Below are positions 27,509 through 36,767 of a stretch of DNA of 64,000 nucleotides, piece by piece (the stretch's first letter is position 1; each line of letters begins with the position of its first letter). Both the position numbers and the translations under genes were made by a program. Origin of the DNA: a virus (lineage: Duplodnaviria; Caudoviricetes); the IMG/VR virus record IMGVR_UViG_3300037247_001786, positions 352,001 through 416,000 of that record. One strand, 5' to 3'. The notes below the pieces were generated by a model. The model did not search any database. It saw nothing but the letters and a program-made list of their open reading frames with translations, and was not told the origin of the DNA.

Positions 27509-28643
27509 ATGGCTAATATGGGATATTGTAGGTTCCAGAATACGGATGGAGACCTTGAGGATTGTCAGGACGCTTTATCAGATGGCGAAGAACTATCTGA
27601 TGAGGAAGAATCGGCAAGAAATCGTCTTATAGATAGATGTATTGAGATAGCTATTGATCATGGTCACCTGATTGATAGGGAAGTTACGGAGATATAATGT
27701 ATATTTGCAAAATAATTAAGACAGACGTAGAAACTGGTAAAGAAACATTAGTCAAGGAAGAGTTATCCAGGTCAGGTATCACTTTAAAACAGAGATCTAA
27801 GAAATGGGCAAAGGATACTTGTCATAAAAAGCTTCTTAAATCTGACCCTGATAGTCCTGGATATGAGAAAAAGGTGACACCGTTTGTAGAGGTTACAGGA
27901 TTTAAGACTAATAGTAAGTCTTATTGTCCTGAACATAATTTCTATCATGGGTGTGCAACTGTTTTCAATTGTTACGGTAAACCTATTTGGATATTAACCA
28001 TACAAATTTATAGTATCGATTTAATTAGGGATTAATTTATGAATAAACCAGCATATATATATAACACTAAGTGTTTAAAATGCAGTTGTTTAAATCATGA
28101 GATGATCAAGATAGGACCAATGGTCTTTTGCATATCATGCTTTAATGAAGAATTCTCTGGTGTTTGGGATGTAGATTCTAATGAGATAGATACAAAGAGT
28201 CAAGAGTATCAGGATTGGTTAGAAGCCTATAAAAAGTATATTGATGAAACTTATAAAGGGACATAATTGTGAATATAACAAAAGATGAAAGAACGTTATT
28301 TAAGGGTAAGCCTAATGGTTCTCCTACTATCAAAGATGGTAAGATAGTAGCACCTAATCTTTTTAAGATGTCTGCAAAGGACTTGCAAAAGTGGCAGAGG
28401 AAAGTAGGAAGAGAGTTACGCTCTTATTGTCTTAGTGTGGATAGGTCTCCTGTTCATAGCGAATATAGTCGAATTAATCATTTTATTTGCTCGACGCGAA
28501 GAGAAATCTATTTAACGGATAAAGATTTCATTGAATATATAAAGACAAAGAGAGGGATAGGTAAGGATATTGTTATCGATAGCGTAGCTCTTTGTTGTGG
28601 GGAACCAGGTCCAGGACATAAAATACATGTAGAATATTATTAA
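27509..28643 (+). other. Four small hypothetical CDSs inside the tRNA cluster
   Basis: 27509-27697, 27697-28035 (paralogue of 34234-34557), 28039-28266, 28269-28643; downstream of the box at 27446. Confidence 0.65.
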
Positions 28644-28650
28644 GGGATAA

Positions 28651-28723
28651 GGGTCTGTAGCTCAATGGCTAGAGCAATGCCCTTTTAAGGCATAGGTTCT
28701 GGGTTCGAGTCCCAGTGGACCCA
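28651..28723 (+). tRNA. tRNA-Lys(TTT), second copy
   Basis: ATGCC-CTTTTAA-GGCAT. Confidence 0.92.
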
Positions 28724-29497
28724 TAATTTTTGAAAGGATGTAGTAATGAAGATATTAAAACAATTAAAGATATTTATTCATATAATAGTTTTAGCAATAA
28801 TGGTAGTTTTAGCTCTAGCTATGTCTTCTATGGATCCTCATCCAGGTTTTGATTTCAAATTTGCTGCGGGTATGGTAGGTATTAGTGCTATGGTTCATCT
28901 TGTATCTCTTTATGACCATTTAAGATAATTTGCCAGAGTGGTAAAAAATATAATTTAAAGAAATGGAAGTTGATTGTCAGTTTAACCAATTGACGATTGC
29001 CCCTATGGGTGAACAGGAGAGGATTCTTTCGTTGTGTGGTGCAATGATGTGGCCACTCCCAAGTAACCCATGAATTTTTTAAAAGAAAGATATAAAGATG
29101 TGGAAAGCAATTAAATGTATATTAGCCCTATTGTTAGGGTGTCCTCTTCTCGCTGGTTTCTCAATATTTTTATTTGGTAAAGTCTGGTATGGGGAGATCC
29201 TTTATTATATATCTGTCTTTATTTGGGTAAGATATGTAGTACGTTATTATTTTCCTTCGCGAAAAGAGGAACCTATTCAGCGTAAAGAAGATGACGACGA
29301 TGATAATGAAGTCGAATTTAAAGACTTATAATATATGAATCTTGATACTACAATGAAAGATAGGCAAGGGCTACAGTTAGGAGCAAAGCCCCTCTACTCA
29401 GGGGAAGAGTCACCTTCGGGTGCGGTTTGGCTGTAAGAGTTGTCCCCAGGGGATTCTCAGGGGTATAGTCGGAATAAAGTCCGATCAGGATTTATTT

Positions 29498-29571
29498 GGG
29501 AATGAAGATTATTAGGTAAATCGCCAGGTTCTTACCCTGGAGTCTTCTCGGTCCGAATCCGAGTATTCCCA
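29498..29571 (+). tRNA. tRNA-Lys(CTT)
   Basis: CCAGG-TTCTTAC-CCTGG; T loop TCCGAAT. Confidence 0.8.
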
Positions 29572-29765
29572 GTTAACTTGTATTGGTAGGTGCAACCGAG
29601 CACCAGTGTCTTCCCTGGCTGGGAGTATTCAGTTCGTTCGATCCGAGATTGTAGGGCATATCGGGAACCCGATACAAGTTATTTATTATTTTCGAACTCT
29701 CTTAAAGGATTTTTCTATTTTATGTCGAATTAGTTATATAGGTTCGATATTTAGGAGAAATCGTT

Positions 29766-30353
29766 ATGAAAAGAGATGAAAAAGAAAAAGCTATAACACT
29801 GAGGAAACAAGGTTTATCAGTTAATAAGATAGCAAAAGAAGTTGGAGTTTCAAAGAGCACAGTCAGTTTATGGGTGAAAAGTGTCAAGATATCCGATAAG
29901 CAGAAAAAACAGTTAAGGAAAAGAACTTTTCTTGTTTCTTCGCGAAAAAAAGGACAATTCTCAAAAAAAAGATTAGAGATGGGAGAGGAAAAATGGACTG
30001 AACACTGCACACAGAGGAAGAGGAAGAACACTTTTAATTGGAGAAAAAACAATCCTGAGAAATATGTTAATAGAGATGTAGAATTGAAAATACGTCTTCT
30101 TGAAGAAAGAGGGGGGGAGTGTTTAAAATGTAATTATAATAAAAGTTTAGGAGCTTTAGATTTTCATCATAGGGATCCAAATAAAAAAGAATTTGGTATA
30201 GGTCAAATTCATAGAAGTTATAATAAAATGAAAAAAGAAGCGGATAAATGTGATGTTTTATGTAGTAATTGCCATAGAGAGTTACATTGGAAAGAAGGGG
30301 CGAAAAAGCGGAAAGATAGAATAGATAAAATAAAAAATGCCCGGTTGGTCTAA
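29766..30353 (+). CDS. HTH plus HNH homing endonuclease-like protein
   Basis: N-terminal LSVNKIAKEVGVSKSTVSLW HTH; GGECLKCNY...LDFHHRDP.KKEFGIG...KCDVLCSNCHRELH; paralogue of 22537; 3' end overlaps tRNA-Cys. Confidence 0.85.
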   Translation: MKRDEKEKAITLRKQGLSVNKIAKEVGVSKSTVSLWVKSVKISDKQKKQLRKRTFLVSSRKKGQFSKKRLEMGEEKWTEHCTQRKRKNTFNWRKNNPEKYVNRDVELKIRLLEERGGECLKCNYNKSLGALDFHHRDPNKKEFGIGQIHRSYNKMKKEADKCDVLCSNCHRELHWKEGAKKRKDRIDKIKNARLV

Positions 30354-30409
30354 TGGAAAGACGAGACACTGCAAATGTCTAGGCGAGGGTTCGATTCCCT
30401 CACCGGGCT
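30339..30409 (+). tRNA. tRNA-Cys(GCA)
   Basis: AGACA-CTGCAAA-TGTCT; U73. Confidence 0.9.
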
Positions 30410-30449
30410 TTTTTGCCAGAGTGTATATTTTTTGTTTTTAAGTAATTAT

Positions 30450-30554
30450 GGTGAGGTACGACTCAAGTGGTTAGAGCGACATCTGCCAAATCACCCACTT
30501 TGATGTGGGGTAGATTAGCGGCTGGGGCTGGTAGGTTCGAATCCTATCCCTCTT
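30450..30554 (+). ncRNA. Enlarged tRNA-like RNA, Gly(GCC)-like
   Basis: D arm CTCAAGTGGTTAGAG, CTGCCAA loop followed by extra sequence, T arm GTAGG-TTCGAAT-CCTAT; weak acceptor. Confidence 0.45.
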
Positions 30555-30571
30555 TTTTATTTGGAGATATA

Positions 30572-30844
30572 ATGATATGTTTAAGATGTGGATATTGTTG
30601 TAAGAATTATTGTGTTGTTATAATTGATGACCCTAAAAAGGGTATAAGTCAAGATAACATGATAGTTCTTAATGGAGACGGCACTCCATGCAAGCACCTA
30701 ATAGAAGATAATGAAGGTTGTTCATGTGCGTTGCACGATTATCCTTGGTATAAGGATACTCCTTGTTTTGCTCATGGGCAGATAGAGCGAGGTAACACCA
30801 ATTGTAGATTAGGCGAATTTATATTGGAGAATAAAGATGTGTGA
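30572..30844 (+). CDS. YkgJ-like Cys-cluster (CxxCxxCC) metal-binding protein
   Basis: MICLRCGYCC...TPCKHL...CSCALHDYP..KDTPC; true start is likely ATG 30572 after GGAG. Confidence 0.7.
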   Translation: MICLRCGYCCKNYCVVIIDDPKKGISQDNMIVLNGDGTPCKHLIEDNEGCSCALHDYPWYKDTPCFAHGQIERGNTNCRLGEFILENKDV

Positions 30845-31196
30845 ATGCGGAAATAATGATCTATTAAAAGAATCAGAAAAAAAGAGATTAGAATTTGAGG
30901 CAAATGCAAGACAAGGTATCTTTCCTAAAGATTACAATGTTATGGATTTGTTCAAAATATTTGATAAGCAACTTGGAGTATAAAGAGTGATTATCTTACC
31001 ATGTGTAAAATTAGGTACTATGCCTTTTGGTCCTGCAAGGGTTAAAAGTAAGAGAAGTATGCCTGAAGTGGGGGATATTATTTTTATTCGCGAACATAAT
31101 TCTCGAAAAAATAAATATGGTAATCCTTGGAAACAAGTCATAGTAGATATGATAAGAGATGGTGATATCTATTTTGTGCACGGTTATCCATAACAA

Positions 31197-31281
31197 GCTC
31201 AAGTGGCGGAATTGGCGTCAGCGGCAGACTAAGAATCTGTTTCTCATTAAGGGAGTGGAGGTTCGAATCCTCTTTTGAGTA
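31197..31281 (+). tRNA. tRNA-Leu(AAG)
   Basis: GCAGA-CTAAGAA-TCTGT; long variable arm; A73. Confidence 0.85.
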
Positions 31282-31395
31282 TTGGGTCGGGTTTTTGTGG
31301 AATTAGTCGTCCAAACTTCTTGCGAGAAGAAGTGGTTCCCGACGTTGTCAAGGCTTACATCAGGTAAGACAAACCAACCACAAGACTATTTTTTT

Positions 31396-31477
31396 GCTCT
31401 CATGGCGGAACGCAGACGCATGAGGTTTAAGCCCTCATTCCCCTCGGGGAGTCCCGGTTCGAATCCGGGTGGGAGTA
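31396..31477 (+). tRNA. tRNA-Leu(TAA)
   Basis: TGAGG-TTTAAGC-CCTCA; long variable arm. Confidence 0.88.
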
Positions 31478-31498
31478 TATTTTCATTTCTTAACATTA

Positions 31499-31572
31499 AG
31501 CCCCGGTAGACCAACGGCAGAGTCAGCACTTTCAAACAGTGTTCAGTGAAAGTTCAAATCTTTCTCGGGGTA
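31499..31572 (+). tRNA. tRNA-Leu(CAA), short variable loop
   Basis: GCACT-TTCAAAC-AGTGT. Confidence 0.8.
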
Positions 31573-31582
31573 TTTAGAATAA

Positions 31583-31659
31583 GCCCTCGTATCCCAATCT
31601 TGGCAGAGGAGGCGGTTTTAGAAACCGTTAATGTGTCGGTTCGAGCCCGACCGAGGGTA
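31583..31659 (+). tRNA. tRNA-Leu(TAG), short variable loop
   Basis: GCGGT-TTTAGAA-ACCGT. Confidence 0.85.
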
Positions 31660-31957
31660 TTTATTTTTGCCAGAGTGTGTTTTTCTATAGTTTAGAGAGA
31701 TATGATGTTAAACGAACAAAATAAGATAAATGTTGTAGCTGCTGAAAATAGGATCAAGTCCATGAGTATGCAGGATAAGTTAAAGACTCTAAAGCAGTTA
31801 GAGGATCTCGGATATGAATATAATCCATATTTAGATACTTTATTGGAGACAACTGATACAGGCATACCCTATGATTTTATTTTTCTTTGTCTACTTACGG
31901 ATAATTTAATCGCAAGTGATTGAATAATAGGTTATAATAGTTTTTTAGTTTCAACAC

Positions 31958-31998
31958 GGGAAGCAGGGAAGGTATATCTTTCCCTGTTTCTTTCTTTT
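31958..31998 (+). terminator. Rho-independent terminator
   Basis: GGGAAGCAGGGAAGG-TATAT-CTTTCCCTGTTTCTTT followed by T run, abutting a box. Confidence 0.7.
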
Positions 31999-32056
31999 GC
32001 CAGAGTGTAAATTTTTGATTATTATAGTAGTGGTTAATAATTAAAGGGAAGAGAAC

Positions 32057-32638
32057 ATGGACCTATTTATACAAAATATGGATAAGATAGAAAAGATAGC
32101 TGAAAAGATGGTAAATTATTGGCATGGGAAATTTGAAGTCGAAGAATTGATAGATACTGCTTATATTAAGTATCGTACAGCTATCGAGAATAATCCCTCA
32201 TTAGTGGATAGTGTTTTTTCTAATCTAACAACTTTTTTATGGCGTGTAAAAAATGATATGAAGGATTATATAAAAAAACAAACTGGGATAAGAACAAAAG
32301 AAAAGAAAAAAATGCTTGCTAACACTATTACTCATTCTTTTCAACGTCCAGATGACGATAACGGCAATCACGGTTGCATATCTTTCTTTGAACCTCAAAG
32401 TATTGACAAAGGTCAGGAAAGTGTGGACAATTGTGAACTTCTTAATGAAATTTTTAAAAAAGTAGAATTAACTGATAGAGAGTGGAAAGTTATACAGGGC
32501 TATTTTTGGGAAGGAAAAACAACTAAAGAAGTGGGTATAGAACTTGGGTCTGCCGATAAAAATGCTTCTGGAACAACTTGTAATATAAAAAATAAGATAG
32601 TAAAAAAACTTCAAAAACAAGCGTTATTATTGGTGTAA
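32057..32638 (+). CDS. sigma70-family sigma factor-like protein 1
   Basis: Region-2-like IEKIAEKM...EELIDTAY...FLWRVKNDMKDYIKK; region-4-like LTDREWKVIQGYFWEGKTTKEVGIELG. Confidence 0.75.
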   Translation: MDLFIQNMDKIEKIAEKMVNYWHGKFEVEELIDTAYIKYRTAIENNPSLVDSVFSNLTTFLWRVKNDMKDYIKKQTGIRTKEKKKMLANTITHSFQRPDDDNGNHGCISFFEPQSIDKGQESVDNCELLNEIFKKVELTDREWKVIQGYFWEGKTTKEVGIELGSADKNASGTTCNIKNKIVKKLQKQALLLV

Positions 32639-32640
32639 AT

Positions 32641-33204
32641 ATGGATTTCTTTTTTGAACATTTAAAAGGCATACAACAGATGGCTCGTAAGATTTGCAGG
32701 TCTTATCATGGCAAGTACGAGGTAGATGAATTGATAAATGTAGCCTGGATGGATTATCAAGTAATGATAGAAAAGTATCCTTTTTGGACAAGGAGTTACC
32801 GTTATCCCGAATTAATTCTTTATAAAAGAGTCAGATATGATATGTTAAATTATATCAGATATGATCTAAAATTAAAGAAAAAAAAGATATTAGAGAAAAA
32901 TGGTTCTCACGTTCCACTGTTTATTAGTTATAATGCAGAGGATAAAGATGGGGAAAAGTTATCTTCTTTCACAGGTTCGTATTCTGATAAAGGTTTTGAC
33001 AAAGTCGATAATCTTGAGTTATTAGAATATCTTAGAACTCGCATGGGATTAACTGATAGAGAGTGGAAGATACTTAAATATTATTTTTATAATGGGTACA
33101 CAGACAGATTAATTGCCGAAAAAATAAATATATCAAAATCAAGGGTATCGCAGTTAAGAAATCAAGCTCTCAAAAAATGTAAGGAACACTTAATAGGAGT
33201 ATAA
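32641..33204 (+). CDS. sigma70-family sigma factor-like protein 2
   Basis: DELINVAW...YKRVRYDMLNYIR; LTDREWKILKYYFYNGYTDRLIAEKINISKSRVSQLRNQALKK region 4 HTH. Confidence 0.85.
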   Translation: MDFFFEHLKGIQQMARKICRSYHGKYEVDELINVAWMDYQVMIEKYPFWTRSYRYPELILYKRVRYDMLNYIRYDLKLKKKKILEKNGSHVPLFISYNAEDKDGEKLSSFTGSYSDKGFDKVDNLELLEYLRTRMGLTDREWKILKYYFYNGYTDRLIAEKINISKSRVSQLRNQALKKCKEHLIGV

Positions 33205-33417
33205 GAAATGCAGATGAAGAAAGTAACATTAACTGAAGAATATGTTCAGGGTATTTTGCATCCTTACATACATTCGGATATGGGGGATGGGGACATCTTT
33301 GCTTTTACGAGAAAGATTCAAAATGATGCAATACGTCAGGAGACTAAATTGGAAAATCTGACAGAAATATATTTTATGTTAATAGAATATAGAGATAGTT
33401 TAAAGAAATAAATATAA

Positions 33418-33489
33418 GCTCTCATCGTCTAGTGGTCAGGATTGCTGGTTCTCAGCCAGTTGACGAGGGTTCGATCCCCTCTGAGAGTA
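33418..33489 (+). tRNA. tRNA-Glu(CTC)
   Basis: GCTGG-TTCTCAG-CCAGT. Confidence 0.9.
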
Positions 33490-33614
33490 TTTTGTACCAT
33501 TAATATCGATAACTTGTGGTATAAGAGACAACGCTACTTCCGGGTGACGGTAGTGAGACTAGTTACTAAATATAAGGTATCAGGTTGGGGTAAAAGCCCC
33601 AAGACATCCACCAA

Positions 33615-33689
33615 GCATCCGTAGTCTAGTCCGGATAGGCATTCGCCTTCTAAGCGAAATACACGCGGGTTCGAATCCTGCCGGGTGCG
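33615..33689 (+). tRNA. tRNA-Arg(TCT)
   Basis: TTCGC-CTTCTAA-GCGAA. Confidence 0.9.
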
Positions 33690-33695
33690 TTTAAT

Positions 33696-33775
33696 GTCCC
33701 AGAAGCTTAATCTGGATAAGCACTGGTTTCCTAAACCAGAGTTAGAAAGTGTAGGTTCGAATCCTATCTGGGATA
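33696..33775 (+). tRNA. tRNA-Arg(CCT)
   Basis: CTGGT-TTCCTAA-ACCAG; 11-nt variable region. Confidence 0.85.
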
Positions 33776-33795
33776 TAAGGATATACTCATGATCT

Positions 33796-33869
33796 GTCCC
33801 CGTAGTCTAATTGGAGAGGCACTTCGCTACGAACGAAGATATATGCGAGTTCGAGTCTTGCCGGGGATG
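33796..33869 (+). tRNA. tRNA-Arg(ACG)
   Basis: CTTCG-CTACGAA-CGAAG. Confidence 0.9.
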
Positions 33870-33871
33870 TT

Positions 33872-33903
33872 AAAGAGAGAGGCACTATGTCTCTCTTTTT
33901 TTT
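33872..33903 (+). terminator. Terminator closing the tRNA cluster
   Basis: AAAGAGAGAGGCA-CTATG-TCTCTCTTTT followed by T run. Confidence 0.75.
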
Positions 33904-34977
33904 CGCGAAAAATAATTGCCAGAGTGTGAAAAAATAGGATTTATGATATTATGAAAAAGATATTAAGTAAAGTAGAATTGAAATTTGGTAGCGACTCTAT
34001 CATAGATGGGAACCATCTATCTATAGATATCAACTTATTCGAAATTACATTAACTGACGATTCTATAGTATATAACGTTGGAATAAATTTTCTTAGTAGT
34101 CAAACTATTAAGAGTTTGTTAAAATTAGAAGATTATAGTTGTACAGATATGAAAGAAGCATTTAAGAGATTCCGACAACTACATACTTCTTTAAAAGTAC
34201 TATTCGAAAATATGGAGATAGAAAGGTAGAATAATGTATTTATGTAAAATATCAAAAAGAGAAGTATGTAGGAATGGTAATTGCAAGGACACGGTAGTAC
34301 ATGAGCTTGTGTCTTGTAGTAGCTCTCTTCTTCCAGGAAATGCAAAAAAGTGGGTTAAGAAACATTTCTCATCAGCATATAAGAACCATGTAATGAGTAC
34401 TTTCCATGCGGTTCCTGGATTTAAAGCATTGAATATATCTAACGATGATGGTAGTCCTCATAATACATATAATGGGAGAGCTACTATGTTTGATGAGTAT
34501 GGTCGTCCAGTATATATAATTGCTATTGATGTATATGCAGTTGAAGTAGTCAATTAATTTATAACGGGAAATATTATGAATGAACAAGATGATCTAGTAT
34601 TAGAAGAGATGTTAACATGAAAGTCTTTATTACAAGAGATGAAGATAGCGACGAAATATGGTTGTGGCTTAAGCCCCGCAAGGGTTCATTTAAACCAGTA
34701 ACTCTCGAAGGTTGTGATATGATCAATTTTCAACGAAGAGACAATATGAATGAAATAGATAAGTATTGTGGCTATACTAAATCTGATTTTAAAAAGAAAT
34801 TTGGAGTTCCTCTTATTAATAAGAAAACTTGCAAAAGTATCGACTTGCCAGATGATTTAGTTCTAGACAATAAATTAACATTAAGTCCTCTGATTTTTGA
34901 CTAATTTGCCAGAGTGTGATTTTTTTGATATTATGATATTGTTGAAACGAATATTATTATTATAAAAGGAATTAAGC

Positions 34978-36756
34978 ATGACAAGTCAAACAACGCAAAA
35001 ACGTCAACTCAAAATGGACCCTAACCTATTATTAGATGTTATAGGTCGGCAAGCTGGCACCCTTGATAAAGCTGTATTAGAGGGTGGGATGAACGGTATA
35101 GAGGCTATAAATGCAGTTATACAAGATAAGGGAAGTTGCGAAGATGAGGGTATCTACATTACCTTTAAAAAGGGTAGGAAAGATGTTCTTACTATACAAG
35201 ATTATGGTAAGGGTATAACTACTAAAAAAGAGATAGAAGAATTCTTTGAAACCTTTGGCACCCCTCACGCGGAAAACGAACATAAAATCTATGCTCAATT
35301 TAGAATGGGTAGAGGTCAAATGTTCAATTTCGGTCGTAATGTATGGCGTACAGGCACCTTCAAGTTAATCGTCGATATTATGCGTAATGGCTTGGAATGG
35401 GAATTAGAAGAAAACCTACCCTTTGTATCTGGTTGTCATATCGAGATAGAATTGTATGACAAGTATAAGAATAGCTGGCCCGCAAATACGGTCGATTGCC
35501 TCAAAGATGCAGTCAAGAAACAGATGGAATTTGTTTCCTCTCCTGTATACTTTAATGGGGAACAGATTAGTACCCCACCTAAAGATTTGACATGGGACGA
35601 AGAAGATGATTTCGCTTATTACAGTTTTGGCGTAGGGGATAGTCTAAAGATTTATAATCTTGGAGTCTATGTTAGAGATAACCACAGAACGAGTGGTATC
35701 ATCGTAAGTAAGCAACAGTTGAGAGTTAATTTTCCGCGTAATGACGTTATGGCTGATTGCGTAATATGGTATCATATCGAAAAAGTAGTAAAGAAAAATG
35801 TTGTTAATAGGTCGAAGAAAAAATATATCGCACTAACGAAACATGAACGTAGGGCGATACTGAAAGATATTAGAAATGGAATACAGGAGTATCAAGATGT
35901 AAAAACTTCTCGTATTTTGCAAACTGCCCAAAACAAATATATCAGTTTTAGTATGTTCTTAAAGAATAATCAGCCTTGGACTTTCGCTCATATAGGTAGT
36001 AGACAAGCCGATACCCTAATAGAGCAAGGTAGTCATGTTGTCTTTGCTAAAGAAATGATAGAGGCACTGAATTATTCTGGCGAAGAAAAAGATTTCTTTA
36101 GTTGGTTAATAAAGACCTTATTAGATGGCAATGAGAAATATGGAGAACAAAGCTGGCAACAGTATAATGATTATCCTCTCCAGTATGACTACAAAAAGAT
36201 ATTGGCAAAAGAAAAATTCTATGATAACTTCTGTCATGCTGTATCAAATATGTCAAGTAGTTGTATTACTCTCGCTCAAAACAAGCTAACAAAAGTAGAG
36301 AAAAGGGTTATACAGTCATTGACATACTATAGTTGTTGGGATGCAAGGGTTTTGCGTATGGGAGTATCTGACTCCGCTTCTGCTTGGACAGATGGACACT
36401 CTCATATAACTCTTGATAGAAAGTTTCTAAAGAGACTAAATCTAACGGTAGATAGCGATATTGTTCAACTGTTTACCGTATTAGTCCATGAATTAGCCCA
36501 CAACGACGATACCTCTAATACAGATATTCATGGAGAGGATTTCTATGAATCTTTTCACGCAATTTGTCTTAAAAACTGTTGGGGAAACCCTCTCAATAAT
36601 ATCTTGAAATTCAAGAAGTCTATGGATAGTTTGATGTCAGCAGAACGTAGAGATAAAAGGAAGAAACAAGAGGAAGATAATCTACAAAAGCAAGCTGAAA
36701 AGTTGGGCTTAACAAAAAAGACCAACATACACGATAAAGTCGCAGCCGTAGTATAA
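34978..36756 (+). CDS. GHKL (HSP90/MutL-like) ATPase fused to C-terminal HEXXH zincin-like domain
   Basis: LEGGMNGIEA (N box), IQDYGKGIT (G1), QFRMGRGQ (G2); VLVHELAH...HGEDFY. Confidence 0.75.
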   Translation: MTSQTTQKRQLKMDPNLLLDVIGRQAGTLDKAVLEGGMNGIEAINAVIQDKGSCEDEGIYITFKKGRKDVLTIQDYGKGITTKKEIEEFFETFGTPHAENEHKIYAQFRMGRGQMFNFGRNVWRTGTFKLIVDIMRNGLEWELEENLPFVSGCHIEIELYDKYKNSWPANTVDCLKDAVKKQMEFVSSPVYFNGEQISTPPKDLTWDEEDDFAYYSFGVGDSLKIYNLGVYVRDNHRTSGIIVSKQQLRVNFPRNDVMADCVIWYHIEKVVKKNVVNRSKKKYIALTKHERRAILKDIRNGIQEYQDVKTSRILQTAQNKYISFSMFLKNNQPWTFAHIGSRQADTLIEQGSHVVFAKEMIEALNYSGEEKDFFSWLIKTLLDGNEKYGEQSWQQYNDYPLQYDYKKILAKEKFYDNFCHAVSNMSSSCITLAQNKLTKVEKRVIQSLTYYSCWDARVLRMGVSDSASAWTDGHSHITLDRKFLKRLNLTVDSDIVQLFTVLVHELAHNDDTSNTDIHGEDFYESFHAICLKNCWGNPLNNILKFKKSMDSLMSAERRDKRKKQEEDNLQKQAEKLGLTKKTNIHDKVAAVV

Positions 36757-36767
36757 AAATTTTATAC

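Noticed and set aside
20302-33624. Track ORFs overlapping RNA genes (e.g. 20302, 23159, 24253, 24730, 24912, 31282, 33442, and the first 35 codons of 30467)
   Set aside because: They coincide with tRNA or structured-RNA sequence and have no coding hallmarks
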